A DNA stretch of 64,000 nt, from contig CM022674.1 of the NCBI GenBank assembly GCA_012295275.1, positions 2,976,001 to 3,040,000 on the forward strand, given 5' to 3'. Positions 30,629 to 45,631 of this stretch are shown here, piece after piece. How positions within the stretch are numbered: the first letter of the stretch is position 1; each line of letters starts with the position of its first letter. The translations under genes were made by a program, and so were the position numbers. The notes under the pieces were generated by a model. The model had not been told where the DNA came from and ran no database searches. It saw nothing but the letters and a program-made list of their open reading frames with translations. The stretch is from Chrysomallon squamiferum (lineage: Eukaryota > Animalia > Mollusca).

Positions 30629-30880
30629 ATGAATAGTATTATGTTATGTATGTATGTATGTGTATGTGTGCGTGTTTATGTATTTATAAGTGTATATGTG
30701 TGTGTATGTATGTATGTATGTATGTATGTATGTATGTTTGTATGTATGTATGTATGTATGTATGTGTTACTAATATAAAACTCTTTCACTAAAGTCGGTT
30801 TATAACACAATACAAAAAAAAACTATAATCATTACAAGTATACATTTACTTTTTTTCATAACAAAACATTATAAAACGTA

Positions 30881-31345
30881 GCAAACATCTGGTTTTTATT
30901 GTACGACGAAACTAGATATTTCATTCTAAAGTGTTAAATCGAGTACATTAATGGCGTTTACACAGTGAATGTAAACTGAATTTTGATACTCACGCCGACT
31001 GTATTATACGAACAACTTGCAGTTGTGATATTAACACTATCAGTATCTGTTAAATGCACTTTGATACTGGCTGTCTTTGTTCATTGAATTATAATCAGAT
31101 AAATATAACGATAAATGTAACGCTTTAAAACAGAGAGCTGCCAAGAAACGATGTTAACGTTTGGCTCAGAATAAGTACTCTGTCAGTGAATTATAACATC
31201 GTACGTGTCCCGTCAACAAATATATCGCTACGGGACAGCGTGTTGCTTCCTGCATGAAAATGTAATGCAGATAAATAAGGTTGTTTTTTTTTGCGATCGT
31301 GGTAATTCAGATTAATAGGATTGTGTTGTTAACAGACTGGAATAA
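30881..31345 (-). repeat. Right arm of the diverged long inverted repeat
   Basis: Reverse complement of the left arm. The core is 31151-31256. The outer match (..attccag..aacacaatcctattaatc) reaches ~31345 and an inner match lies at 30881-30946. Confidence 0.85.
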
Positions 31346-31450
31346 TCATCAATATCTTTATGAGGTACAACATACAGATATAAACATTTATACTGCTTGA
31401 ATTTTTAATGAAACATATTACTGCTGTTTGTTTGGTCTTTTTAGGTGGAT

Positions 31451-31484
<34 letters not shown>

Positions 31485-31621
31485 GGGGGGAGGTTTCTGA
31501 TGGAGGAGAGTACTCCTAGAGGAGGGTCATGATTGTTTAGGTCGTGTTGAGTCGAAATCGCTTTGTCTGTTTATTTATTTATTTATTTATTTATTATTTA
31601 TTTATTTGTTTATTATTATTA

Positions 31622-31664
<43 letters not shown>

Positions 31665-32240
31665 TTTTTTTTTTTGATTACTATTATTTTTTTCTCGAAA
31701 ATATTCCTTTTATAACAAGTTTTATTTCTATTTCATATACAACAACATTTTTTTTTTTTTAATACTATTTATAATACTACGCTTTAAACTGGAGGAGTGT
31801 TTTACTCATCTGCTTTCGTAATTATATTTTCGCACATGCTTAAGCTGTTCGTTACAATCAGCTATTTCCACTGTCTGTATAAACAAACGAAATTCAAGAT
31901 GTCGGTTTTCGAACACATTTGTTCACGGAGTCTGGCTTGTTTTCCCAGAGTACTTTTTATGTTTATTAATGAGTGATGACATTGAAAGAATGAAAGGATC
32001 AGCCAACGAATGATCAAGATGACCTCCGTTTTAATCATTTTAGGATTACTCTCAGCTGAAAGAGGATTTGATGTATGACTGATAAAGCCAGGGTTAGTAT
32101 TATCTGACAGTGTATTAACTAGAGATGGAGATTATCTACAAAAAAAATTCATTATGTCCTGCACTTGCTGTGCTTTATTTTATTTTTTTATTATTTTTTT
32201 TTTTTTTTTGTTTTGTGGCTCGTATCCAACTGCAAATAGT

Positions 32241-32345
32241 AAACCAGTGTGTAAGAGATATTTCGTAAATTGTTTTCCATTACTTGCTAAAAAATTTCTT
32301 ATTAAGTAAAATATTTGTTGATGATGGTGAAAACAGACGATTTCC

Positions 32346-32394
<49 letters not shown>

Positions 32395-32573
32395 TTATAT
32401 ATTTGATAAACAACATCTTCAAAAGTATTTTAATTAGCAACAAATGTTTATAGATTTTACATAAAACCAGTAGGCACCACATATTTCATAAACTGTTTTC
32501 TATTGCTTGTTATTATGATGATCAAATCAGACGGTTTCCATCGTATGTGTGTGTGTGTGTGTGTGTGTGTCTA

Positions 32574-32604
<31 letters not shown>

Positions 32605-32637
32605 ATATACATACATATCTATATATATATATATATA

Positions 32638-32721
<84 letters not shown>

Positions 32722-32730
32722 TATATATAT

Positions 32731-32763
<33 letters not shown>

Positions 32764-32825
32764 AACAACATCTTTAAAAGTATTTCAATTAGCAACAAAT
32801 GTTTCTAGATTTTTACGCAAAACAA
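32241..32825. repeat. Tandem duplication (two units) with an internal (TG)n/(TA)n of very different length
   Basis: aaaccagt..atatttc(g/a)taaa(t/c)tgttttc..cagacg(a/g)tttccat..(TG)n(TA)n..ataaacaacatctt(c/t)aaaagtattt(t/c)aattagcaacaaatgttt is repeated from 32241 and 32464. Confidence 0.9.
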
Positions 32826-33144
32826 CCTCCCACAAATTTTTGTATATTATTGATTAGTATTTTCTGTCTTGACTCATTCACCAACTAAACAGTTTTGACA
32901 GCAGACTTACACGAGGAGAAAACGTAACTGCTAACTGCATCGTTAACGAGTCCGAAGACTAACAGGTAATCAGAGCGAGTTTAAAGATAATTAAACGTGC
33001 TTCTGGTAGAAGTCGTTCAGCTCCTTCTAAAGCAGCAGCAAATCTCTCGTTGGATTAGTGATTAGTTAGTAGAAGGTGGTGGATAATTACAATAAGTGTA
33101 TTGTTAGTGTTATTCAGAGTTTTTATGATCTCTCTCTCTTCTCT

Positions 33145-33252
<108 letters not shown>

Positions 33253-33300
33253 CTCTCACTCTCTCTATCTCTTTTTCTCTCTGATTCTCTCTGATTCTTG

Positions 33301-33359
<59 letters not shown>

Positions 33360-33710
33360 ACACTCTATCTCACTTTCTCTCTCTCACTCTCTCTCTCACT
33401 CTCGCTCTCTCACTCTCTCTCTCTGACTTTTTATTTTCGTCTCTGTGTCTCTTTTTTCTTTCTTTTGTCTCTCTGTCTGTCTTTCTCCCGTTCCATCTTT
33501 ATCGCTTTCTGACTCAGTCTGTCTCTCTCTCTTTTGTGTTTATTTTTCCTTCTCTCTCTATTTCTCTTTCCCTCTGTCTCTCTGTCTGTCTCTTCTCTAC
33601 TGCATTTCTGTCTGGCTTCCTTGTTCTCTCCTTATCTAATTATAAGTCCATTCGTTCGTCTGTATATTTAATAATGTCTGTCAATCTATGTATCTGTATG
33701 TATGTATATA

Positions 33711-33840
33711 CAGGGTGGCCCAAAAGTAGGTTTACAGTTATTACGTAGGCAATTTATTTTAATATATAAGCATGTTCCAAGCAATAAACAGAAACTGTTT
33801 AATCTCTCAGGTGCTCAAAATGTCCTCCTTCAACATTGTA
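33711..33840 (-). mobile_element. Tc1/mariner-superfamily transposon remnant: terminal inverted repeat plus the last codons of the transposase
   Basis: TA|CAGGGTGGCCCAAAAG (TA target at 33709-33710) is a typical Tc1/mariner terminus. The minus strand at 33840-33799 reads YNVEGGHFEHLRD*, matching the GGHFEHL C-terminus known from Tc3/rosa-like transposases. No partner TIR was seen in the window. Confidence 0.75.
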
Positions 33841-33889
33841 TTGTATGTTAATTGTACTTAGCAAGTAACTTCAAAGTAGAGACAGGTAC

Positions 33890-33936
<47 letters not shown>

Positions 33937-33967
33937 ACCTACCTCTACTTTTCTATCAGTCTCTCTC

Positions 33968-34016
<49 letters not shown>

Positions 34017-34463
34017 TTATCTATCCTGATTTCTATAACAAGTAAATAAACGAAAAATGAAATAAAATGTTATTTGTGAAATAAATACAAAAATCTGTAT
34101 ATGATGAGGACATTCTAGACTGATTTCCATATATATAATTTAAATGCATTTTCTCCGACACAGACACGTTATCATGACATCTATGTATGTATGTATGTAT
34201 GTGTCTGTGTTTGTGTGTTTGTCGGTGTGTGAGCATATCTATATATGCCATACAGTTTGAATAGTTGTAACTATAATGTCATTGAAAAAAAAATGTAATA
34301 ATAATAATAATAATAATAATAAATACATAATAAATAAATAACTTTGAGGTATTACAGTCAGTGAAGAAGAACTGGACGAATAAAGCTAGTTAACTGTAAT
34401 GATCATTTCATTATTGACGTCACATTTTCCCTCTTGATTATAAAACATAAATATCGTAAATCA

Positions 34464-34612
<149 letters not shown>

Positions 34613-35767
34613 ACTTAATGACTGTTATTATTATTATTACTACTAACACTATCATCATCTATAGCATATTAATATTTTTATGATTGGTATTGCTGTTTTC
34701 GTTCTACTGCTACTACTACTGCTACTACTACTACTACTAATAATAATAATAATAATAATAACTATTGTTATTATTATTATTATTATTGTTGTTGTTGCTG
34801 TTGCTTTTTATCATAGCTTTTCCAATCTTGAATGAACGTGTTCACACTTGCTACAATTCCTTCTTTCGCTGGGTCAAAACACAGCTTCGTAAATTGGAAA
34901 AAAAGGTCATGCGGAGAAAATAAACATAGCCCATCGTAATAATTCTGAAAAAAAATTTAATCAGGAAAATTTTCGGCGTGGTTCCTTCATCAAGCATACG
35001 TTCTTAACAATAGCTGCACTGGCTATCGACAAGTTTCAGTAACGCTCGTGGTGAAAGTTACATCACAGCAGTTATCTTCAGAGTAAACGAGGGCATCTGT
35101 CAACTGGAATTACATGGCGAAACCATAAAATAAAATATAAAAGAAAATCTTCTTCTTCTTCTTCTTCTTCTTCTTCTTCTTCTTCTTCTTCTCCTGATCA
35201 ATTGTGTATCCTTTCGCAGACTATAGAATTACTTCCCTTTTAATAAATCTTCAAAGTTTTGGTCTTGTCCCTTCGATGTTCTTCGCCAGCCTAAAGAGAA
35301 AGAAAAAAGAAAAGAAGAGAGACATAGTGGCAGTCTGTTTAACTGCAAAACGAATCAGCATCTGAGTCACGGGCAAACAGCATCCAGAAGAGTCTGAGGA
35401 GAATCTGGAGCGTCAATAAATATTAATATCTGTCTGACAGTCTGTCTGCCCGCCCGTTTGTCTGAAGGTTGAATTTAAACCGGTTTGTTTCATCCTGGCC
35501 GTTTTGAATTATACCAAAGTGAACGAGTCTGATGGAAGGTAACTGGTTATTGTATATATATATATGTGTGTGTGTGTGTTTTGTAGTCATGTTCATGTTA
35601 TTTCTCTTCCTGTCCTTCGGTATCTTTCTTTCTCTCTGTTCTCTTCTTTCCATCCGTCTCTATGGTGTTTTGTTTTATCTGTCTGTACATTTGTTTTCTT
35701 TCTTTACTTTCATACTTTCATTCTATCGCTATTTCTCTTCATGTCTCCATCGCTGTCTGTTCTCGTG

Positions 35768-35891
<124 letters not shown>

Positions 35892-36063
35892 AATCAATCA
35901 CTCAAAGAAAAGATATCGTTGAACTCGTGTTGAAATCAAACATTTCCAGTGAGATTAAAATCACCCCACATTTCAACTATTTCATACTCTGATGGTCACA
36001 TCAGTTCAAACATCATTTGTAAGGATTCATACAGCGTTGATAAAAAAAAAAAAAAAAAAAAAA

Positions 36064-36120
<57 letters not shown>

Positions 36121-36365
36121 AAAAATTGAATTAAATTTTAAAAAATCATATTTCCTCTCAAGTTGTATTTGTATTTAAAATGATCAAATTTTACTTCGTT
36201 TTCAAGTCTTGTTCCTGCTGCCTCAGATACCTATTTTATTTATTTATTTTATTTTATTTTATTTTATTTTATTATTTTTTTTTTTTTTTTGCTCTATCTA
36301 AAAGGAGACCTCGATATTAAATCGATCAGTTTTTACACTGTTCTTTATATCTGTGTCTATAGTCC

Positions 36366-36470
36366 TATTGTTCGTTCCGACCAGTGCTCCACAGTTGGTG
36401 TAACAATGTTTGTGGCATGCAGTATTTTGAGTATAAAATAAATGTGTATGTCGACCCTTACTAGCATCAT
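36366..36470 (+). mobile_element. Degenerate SINE central domain (same family)
   Basis: tcgttccgaccagtgctccacagttggtgtaacaatgtttgtggcatg closely matches the remembered CCAGTGCTCCACAACTGGTGTAACAAAGGCCGTGGTATG Meta-type core, followed by acccttactag. Confidence 0.55.
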
Positions 36471-36542
36471 GTTTTCATACTCGTCAAAGTTCTAAATCTG
36501 CTTATGTCACACAATCATAGATCAAAAATATTCAACTGTCTT

Positions 36543-36806
36543 AGCTAGCTAAAACGTTTATCTATCTATCTGTCTCTCTATCTGTCTATATCTATCTATC
36601 TGTCTGTCTTTCAGGCTATCTCTATTTTTCCATTTATCGATACATCTATCTGTCTACATGAGCTAGCTAAAACGTGTGTCTATCTATCTGTCTATCTATC
36701 TATCTATCTATCTATCTGTCTGTCTGTCTGTCTGTCTGTCTTTCTGTCTATCTCTATTTTTCCATTTATCGATGTATCTCTCTGTCTTCATGAGCTAGTT
36801 AAAACG
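36543..36806. repeat. Tandem duplication, units of 118 and 132 bp plus the start of a third
   Basis: agctag(c/t)taaaacg occurs at 36543, 36661 and 36793. ctatctctatttttccatttatcgat is in both full units. Confidence 0.9.
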
Positions 36807-37622
36807 ATTTTTCTTCTTCTTCTTTCCTTGCTGCCTGTGACTACAAAATGAAACACACAGTGATTAGTATTGGTGTAGGAGGACAAAGAAAAATCACTTG
36901 ACGATGTCTTTGTTGCTTTATTTCTTTCCAGTAGGGGTCTGCACAGGGTTTTTTTATTACCTCGTCTTCTTCTTCGTATTCTTTTTATTTCATTTCTCCG
37001 TATTTATTTCCAGATTAAGCGCTGTGTTCTCACACTGTCCTGGTTTATCTTAAATTCCAACAAACCCGAGAACATTAATGCGTCCTTCTGTTTTATATAA
37101 CAGGGTTTTTTTTTTTTCTTTTTTTTTTTTTTTTTGTTCCTGACACGCCAACTGTTTCTGTAATTTGAAACCAACAAAACAGAGGCGAAAACTGTCAAAG
37201 CCTCCTCAGGATCAAATTAACGAAAAACTAAACGGCATAATTTCCTTCGATAATGTGATCTTTAACGTCCAAACCCGAAAAATATTGCACCGTTGTTTTT
37301 TCGCCATTTTGTATTTTTTTTGTTTTTTTTGTTTCTGTTAGTAAATTCCGCCCATTAAATCGAAGGATCGGCACGGTGGTTTCCGGAACGTGATATTTAT
37401 TGGAAAAGAAAAAGGTCACAACTGAATAAAGAAAACAGAATTAATCCGGACTGGTAGAATGGAAAAAAAACAGAAAAAAAAAAAAACACTGTTGTTCTTA
37501 AATAAATATTTTAAATTTGTCTCCCTTATTACACAAATCAATTTAAGAGTAATGAATATATAATAAACCAAATATTATTACTACCACCACTATTACTAGT
37601 ACTACTGCTATCATCACATTCA

Positions 37623-37672
<50 letters not shown>

Positions 37673-38621
37673 TCTTAAATGAAGTATTAATGGGTAACCA
37701 GATATCATATAAACGTAATTCTGAAAACGGTGATGAATATATTTCGGCTAATATGGAACTAGAAAGTGACCCTTTGTAAAGTAATTGACCTGTTTTATTA
37801 ATGTATCTTACGCACACTTATACAAATACATTTCTGCTCGTGTGATATTTTCTTACGTACCTGCTACTACAATTAGGCCCATTCACGTAGAAAATATACA
37901 ATGAAAAGAAAAACACATCTTAAAAAAGATCGACATGCTAACAACCTATAACTAAAAAATAAAAAAATAATAAAAAATAAAATAAAATTATAAAATATAA
38001 TAAATAAACAAATAAAAAAACAAAACAACATAAACAATTAATAAACACAGCCCTTTCCATCACAACAAACAATATATCCATTCATTTAAAAGCCTTTTTC
38101 GTTATGGAACACAAAACTCTGTTGTTTATGTCCAGCGTAATTCACTCAGAGATATACCGCCTGTCTTCTAATCATCAGTCTATTGATTTTACAGTCTGTT
38201 TATTAGCGAAAGCTTTTGCTCTCTGTTTTTCACTTGTCAACAAGAGTATTTGTTCTACTAATTACCGGTTGGGATATTTCTGGTCACTCCCTCGCCACTA
38301 CTTCATAGCAAAGACTGTGGCAGACCATATACTTTTTTTTTTTGGGAGGGAGGGAAATAGCGTAAGAATTTTTTTTTTCTTTTTTTTGTATGGGAGAGAT
38401 TTTCATGGTGTTAATCGATCAGATTGGAACATGCTGATGTTTTGTTGGTTTTCGCGCCACTAATAATCATCATTAAAAAAACAATTAAAAATAAAAAATA
38501 AATAAAAACATGTGGCTGATGTCTGTAATCATTATTAATAAACAGTTTCGAGGGTATATTAAACTGATATATATTTAGTTTGTTTTTCTATCGTTTTCTT
38601 TCTGAACTCAGCTTTTTGTGC

Positions 38622-38807
<186 letters not shown>

Positions 38808-39395
38808 GAGAGAGAGAGAACGAGAGAGAGAGACAGAGAGAGACAGAGAGAGAGACAGAGAGAGAGAGAGAGTGTGAGAGAGAGACAGAGAGAGAGACAC
38901 ACAGAGAGAGAGTGAAAGAGAGAGAAAGAGAGAGAGAGGGTAGAGAGAGAGAAAGAGAGAAAGAGACAGAGAGAGAGAGAGACAGAGTGAGAGAGAGATA
39001 GACAGACAGACAGACAGAGAACAAAAAAGAGACCCCGCCAGATGGTACATTTGCCACTTGAAGTAAATAAAGCAAATACAGCCAGATGCAGTAATTTAAT
39101 TTAAAACATTTTTTTTATTTTCTGCAAGTAAGTTAACTTTAACAAATAAACATTGGAAGGTGGTAACAGAACATGGAACACGCAGTCAATGTTATTTTTA
39201 AACTCTAACGTGCACGTATTAAACTAACAAATGCATTTATCCCATAAACTTTAAGTGGTGTTAAAACATTGGCCATTTCGTAAACTGCAGGTTTTAAGAC
39301 ATAAAAAATGGTAATAAATTTATTTTTTTTTTTTTTTTTTTTTTTTTTTAAGGAAACTGGGATTTTGTTTTATTTGTTTTTATTTATTTATTTGT

Positions 39396-39478
<83 letters not shown>

Positions 39479-39557
39479 TTATTATTATTATTATCTAAAT
39501 GGATTTACATTTTTATTAAGTTTATATATATACATAAATATATAAAATTAATATTTT

Positions 39558-39596
<39 letters not shown>

Positions 39597-40509
39597 CGTA
39601 TATATTTTTTTCTTTCTTTTTTTCTTTTTTGTTTTCCTTTTTCTATTTTTATTTTATTTTTATTTTTTTCTAAAAAAGACAGTGCTCAGAAATCACCAAA
39701 TCGTATAAATGTCTTAGAATCTAAATCTTTCTCTCTTTCCTCTCTTTCATTAAACCGTTTTTAAAACTGGGAAACTCCACTAAGTAATTAATTTATTTGC
39801 CACCGGGAACAGGCATCTGTCTTTCTGCGTACTCTAGAACAATTTATGTGGTTTTTACCTTAACATATAAACAAGCCCTTTGTTTTATTAATCTGATATT
39901 TCGGGTGGTGTATACAGACAACGGATAAACAACGTAGAGACGTGTTTATAGCAACCTTTAACGTTGGCACGCGTCATCTTCTTCATTATCTATTTAGTTT
40001 CTACTTTGCAGTACAGAGAAATGAACAACAGAGTTTAATGGCTAGAGCAGCTTTTTTCCCGTTCTGACTGCATCCATGACAGTTGATGTTGTGTCTGTTG
40101 GCTTTTTTTTTTTATCTGCTGCGGTTTTGTCGTTGCAGCCCTAAAACTGGTTTATCGGTTTTATTGTATTTTACAACCTATGGGAAGGTGTACGTTAGAG
40201 ATCACTTACTGCTAACCGATAAGAGGGTTGGTTCAACACTGGTGGCGTCTGGTGTCTTCTCTCTTTTGTTTTTACATGACGAATGTGCGACAGGCTAATA
40301 ATATTTTATAATATCAAAGCAATGGTTTTCATGAATATAAATTTATAAGTTGGAAGAAATTTTCGTGAGAAAAGGAAAACGTTACTTTACTTTTTTTAAT
40401 TTTGACAATTTTATTGCTGTATTATTAATAATATTAAAATAATTAAATAGAACAATCTCTGTCTCTCCATTTTCTTTCTTCTTCTCTCTGTCTGTTTTGT
40501 TCACTCACT

Positions 40510-40581
<72 letters not shown>

Positions 40582-40723
40582 GTCTGTCTGTCTGTCTGTT
40601 TCTCTCTCTCTTTCTGTCTGTGTCCCTACAAAAGAAAGAAAGAAAACAAACAACAAAGTAAATAAATAAATAATTTAACAAGAACAACGACGACAACAAC
40701 AACACTGCCACTACCACCACCAC

Positions 40724-40793
<70 letters not shown>

Positions 40794-41543
40794 CGCAAAC
40801 AAACAAACAAAAACAAAAAACAACACCGTTCACAAAACTAGTTCAGAATGATATACAAACTTCACTTTCTTGTCGCAGAATACTCTATAACAAGTTTCTG
40901 GCAAAAAAAAAGCGCCGTACACTGAATCAACGACAAAAAATTCCTCCGAAACGAAACAAGCGCGATGACGTCATCAATCTCTCTGTCGGTTACGTCATGT
41001 AACGGAGACCAGGTGCGCTAATCGCTGAATCCATCACGCCTGCGCGGAGAAAACAATGAGAGAGAGACACGCCAATTATCTCTGAAATCTGACTTTCGGC
41101 AAATAACAGGAAACAGCTCTGAGTACAGTTCTGTGTTACCGGGTGATTACCGGGCGAAAATATCGGCGATCGGAGACTTTAAACGGGACAGGGGAGGAAC
41201 TACTGGGCATTCAGCTGTCCGAGATAAGATTACTGTGTAAAATGTGCCGTCTGCAATATCCTTTCAGCAGACGACATAATCAGAAATATTGACAAGCTGG
41301 TGGTGTTTTTTTTTTTTTTTTTTTTTGCTGCACACGGTTTGTCTTGTAAAATATTTACTTTTTCTTCCATGTCTGAAAGCTTTTAGAAGCCCAACGATTT
41401 ATTTAACAAAGCCTTCGATAAAGATGAATTTTATATGTCTTCTGTTCATCTAGGGCTGTCATCACGTGGTAGAGCTAGAAGGGACATGCTTTTCTGCCTG
41501 ATAAAGCACTGAACTGATTTTAATCTTGCGGTTGCTTTGAGTC

Positions 41544-41630
<87 letters not shown>

Positions 41631-41659
41631 TATGATTAACGTAATCCACTGCCTCCCTA

Positions 41660-41780
41660 ACTTTTCGACTCTTTTATATGCACAGGTAGAAAATGGGAAC
41701 GAAACTCAGAGGGTACCGATGCGAGTTGATCCTAGTTGATCCTAGGACCTTTGATGCCCCTAGTCATGAATCATAACTCT
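41660..41780 (-). mobile_element. Degenerate SINE fragment (same family)
   Basis: tcttttatatgcac (41670-41683) is the reverse complement of GTGCATATAAAAGA. It is followed by gaacgaaa..ccgatgcgagttgatcctag, which resembles the reversed B-box region. Confidence 0.4.
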
Positions 41781-42091
41781 GGCATGACTCTCGGATGTAC
41801 AGAATTGGTTTAAATTAAATTCAGGTTTTTAGCTTAAAAGCATTTACCCTCTCGATCCAGAGATATCAGAATTATTAATTCATCTGTAATAGCTCGCATT
41901 GCTATAATACTTAAAGTGACAAGTTAGGTGTTTGTCATGTTTCATAGTACCAGAAGTGCATTCATAAAAGAACTTTCTGATATGGCAATTCATAACATAC
42001 ACAGATAGACACACACACACACAGGCACAAATAGACAGACAAACACTCACACAAACATAGGCACGTACACATTCAGAGAGGGAGGGAGGGG

Positions 42092-42180
<89 letters not shown>

Positions 42181-42212
42181 TTACATACATAAACACACAC
42201 ACACATATATGA

Positions 42213-42243
<31 letters not shown>

Positions 42244-43328
42244 TGTACGTACGTATGCATGTGTGTATGTGTGAATATATATCTATAACGACTGCATTTT
42301 TAAAAGCATTGTAATAATGACATTCTTATTTTCCCAGTCTCTTTCTGCGAGTATTTCGGTAATTTCTTGTTCACATTATCAACACACTTAACCTAAAATG
42401 AATGCAAATAGACGCAGTGGGACCGAGATTAAAATAAAAACTGAAGTAAAACAGCTGTTAAAGTAGCGTCCAGGAAAGGCGTGCATTGCAGAAGGTTTAG
42501 GTGAAACAGTGTGAGCTGTCGTAGATGGAACTTGCTTTTACGTTTTCCCTTGAAAAAAATAATGACAGCAATAATAACGAACTCTGTTACAGAAAATTCC
42601 TCATTCATTCGTGAGATTTCTTCTTCTTTTTTTTTTTTTTTTAACAGAAAATTGTGACATTATCGCTATTCGAATCCTACACTCTACTGGATGAATGCAA
42701 CAATAATTAAACAAAATCGATCCTGTTTACGCCTTAAACAGATTTTGAAAGGAGTTACGAGTTTAAATCCGATAGTAAATTTTAGGTGAATTTGATTCTA
42801 AATAAAGGGTCAGTGTTCAGAATAAATTTAAACGAGTAATGGTCTAACAACAGACAGTTCCCCGAATTCAGCACGTTTTCCCAAATCAAAATTGTGTCAA
42901 ATATTTCACGTTAGCTCTGAATCAAAACTGATCTGCAGTTTGAAAAGAACATAAGTACGACTGTCAACTTCGCTGAAATTTTAATTTTGTTAATTTTTTC
43001 TCCCAGTGTCTTTATGAGTAATTAATTATTAGTAGCATTATTACATCATCATCATCATCATCATCATCATCACAAACCTGATTCTGTTGTGTTGTTGTTG
43101 TCAGTATTATAAATCTGATTATCTCCTTCATTATCATTAAAAAACAAATGGTGATGTACGCTATTATATCACGACTCTTGTAAAATGTCGGGGTCCAGAT
43201 ATCGTTAAACTGTGCTCTTTTGTTATATTGGTATACTTCCTTATTAATTAACACTGGAAGAAAAAAATAACAACAACAACAACATAATAATAATAATAAG
43301 AAGAAGAAGAAGAAGAAGAAACAACAAC

Positions 43329-43392
<64 letters not shown>

Positions 43393-43795
43393 AAGAAGAA
43401 GAAGAAGAAGAAAGTTAAATATTTAAATAAGTGTGTAATATATTTAGACATTTTCCTTATTACGAAAAAATTGTTCTAAAAAAAAAAAAAAAAAAATAAA
43501 AACAGAAGACGTCGAAAGAACAGTATGAGTATATTCACACTAAAATGCTGTTTGTCGATGTTAAAATGCCATAGTTTATTTTCACTAACCACGTGAGACT
43601 TACTTGTATTGTGTTTGAGATTGTATCTTGTAGAAATATATACAGATTTATGTCTTGTCTTTGTATTAGTAACTTGGATTAAAAAAAACAAAAAACATCT
43701 ATTTTAGTAAGTTATTATGATCTTTGAAGCATCAGTAATAGAAATAATTACTTCGAAACAGGATATACTTAGTGTAGTTATTCCTATACATACAG

Positions 43796-43827
<32 letters not shown>

Positions 43828-43962
43828 GCATACATACATACATATATGCAGTCATCTACGGTATAAATCCATGTACACTTGTACAAACGTATCAAGAATG
43901 AAGATTAATGGCTTTTATTCCATGTAAGTAAGCAGGGATTTACATATAGATACATATATATC

Positions 43963-44005
<43 letters not shown>

Positions 44006-44420
44006 ATGTATATATATATATAAATAGATACATATACACACACACGAGTGTATGTATCTGTGACCTGTAAAAAACAGGTTATAATTGTTATTCGTATCAT
44101 TTTTTCCTATCTTTATCTTTATTTTTATTTTATTTCTTTTATTTTTATTTTTTATTTTTTTTAATTTTTTTTTTCTCACGAAAGTCAGATAAGACGCGGT
44201 AAATTAGCATTATTATAGCAACCTAAAATCATCAGCTAGGAAAATGTTATCTCAGAAAAGATAATCCTGTCTCCACTTGCATCTCTTCGCTGCGGTGCTC
44301 TATGTCAGATGGAGGAAATCTTGCAGTCAGAACGCTTGTAAATCTGACTGTGATACTCCTCACATGTGTCACTGAATAAAACAGTTCCTAGACACACACT
44401 TGTGAAATACACAGCAGGTG

Positions 44421-44462
<42 letters not shown>

Positions 44463-44491
44463 TAAAAATAATGATGATGATGATGATGATG

Positions 44492-44525
<34 letters not shown>

Positions 44526-45214
44526 TGATAATAATAATAATAACAACATTAATAATAATAATAATAATAACAACAACATTAATAATAATAATAATGATAA
44601 TAATACTAATAATAATAACAATAATAATAATAACAATAACAACAACAACAACAATAATAACAGTAATAATAATACTAATAATGATGATGATGATGATGAT
44701 GATTATGTTGATGGTGATGATGATAGTAATAATCATAACAATACGAAGAATAAATGAAGAAAGAAAGGATGGAAAGAAATGCATTACTCATTTACCACTG
44801 TTCTATCTTTTACACAGTCATGTTGTGTTTCTGATTATGATGTTTTAGATACTCCACTGAACTGTATGAAGGTGTTAAATGGAAATGAAATAAAAATATG
44901 TAATCTAACAAACAAGCAAACAAACAAACTATTAAATAATAATAATAGATAAAATAATCTATATAGTGATGGAGATTTTTTTTTTTTTTTTCGTTTTTTC
45001 ACAAAAATAGATGTTTTCACATAAACGAACACCTGCATATTTAAACTGATCATTTCCAAGCTTCCTTGTAAAGCTTTTATGTATGCATCTATGTATGTAT
45101 GTATGTACGTACGTACGAATGAATGAATGCATGTATAGCTTCTATATAAATGTAAATACACACACATACATTTAGAATTTTTTATACACATGTATTTGAA
45201 TCTGTATCGTACTG

Positions 45215-45249
<35 letters not shown>

Positions 45250-45600
45250 ATGTTTGCGTGTTTGTCTATATAATCCACGTATATTATTACAGAAAGAAAG
45301 AAGAAACCTCCAGAAACGTAAACAAAAAGTAATATTAGGTATAACGGGAACAATAATCGCGCTTAAAACAATAAATAACAAAGCAAATACGACAATATTA
45401 GCAGTAACGAATCCTGCAAAGGATCAGAGTCTGATGGTTAATAACATCAGCGATAGCAATCATTACTCATTCAGCAGTGTTAACAGTAATTAAAACCAGC
45501 AAAACAACAACTTGCTTTTAGTCGATAATGAATTCATTAGTTTAACCGCGTTAATTAGTAAACTGACAGGTTGTGGGCTCAAATGTCCGCACTGCCACAG

Positions 45601-45631
<31 letters not shown>

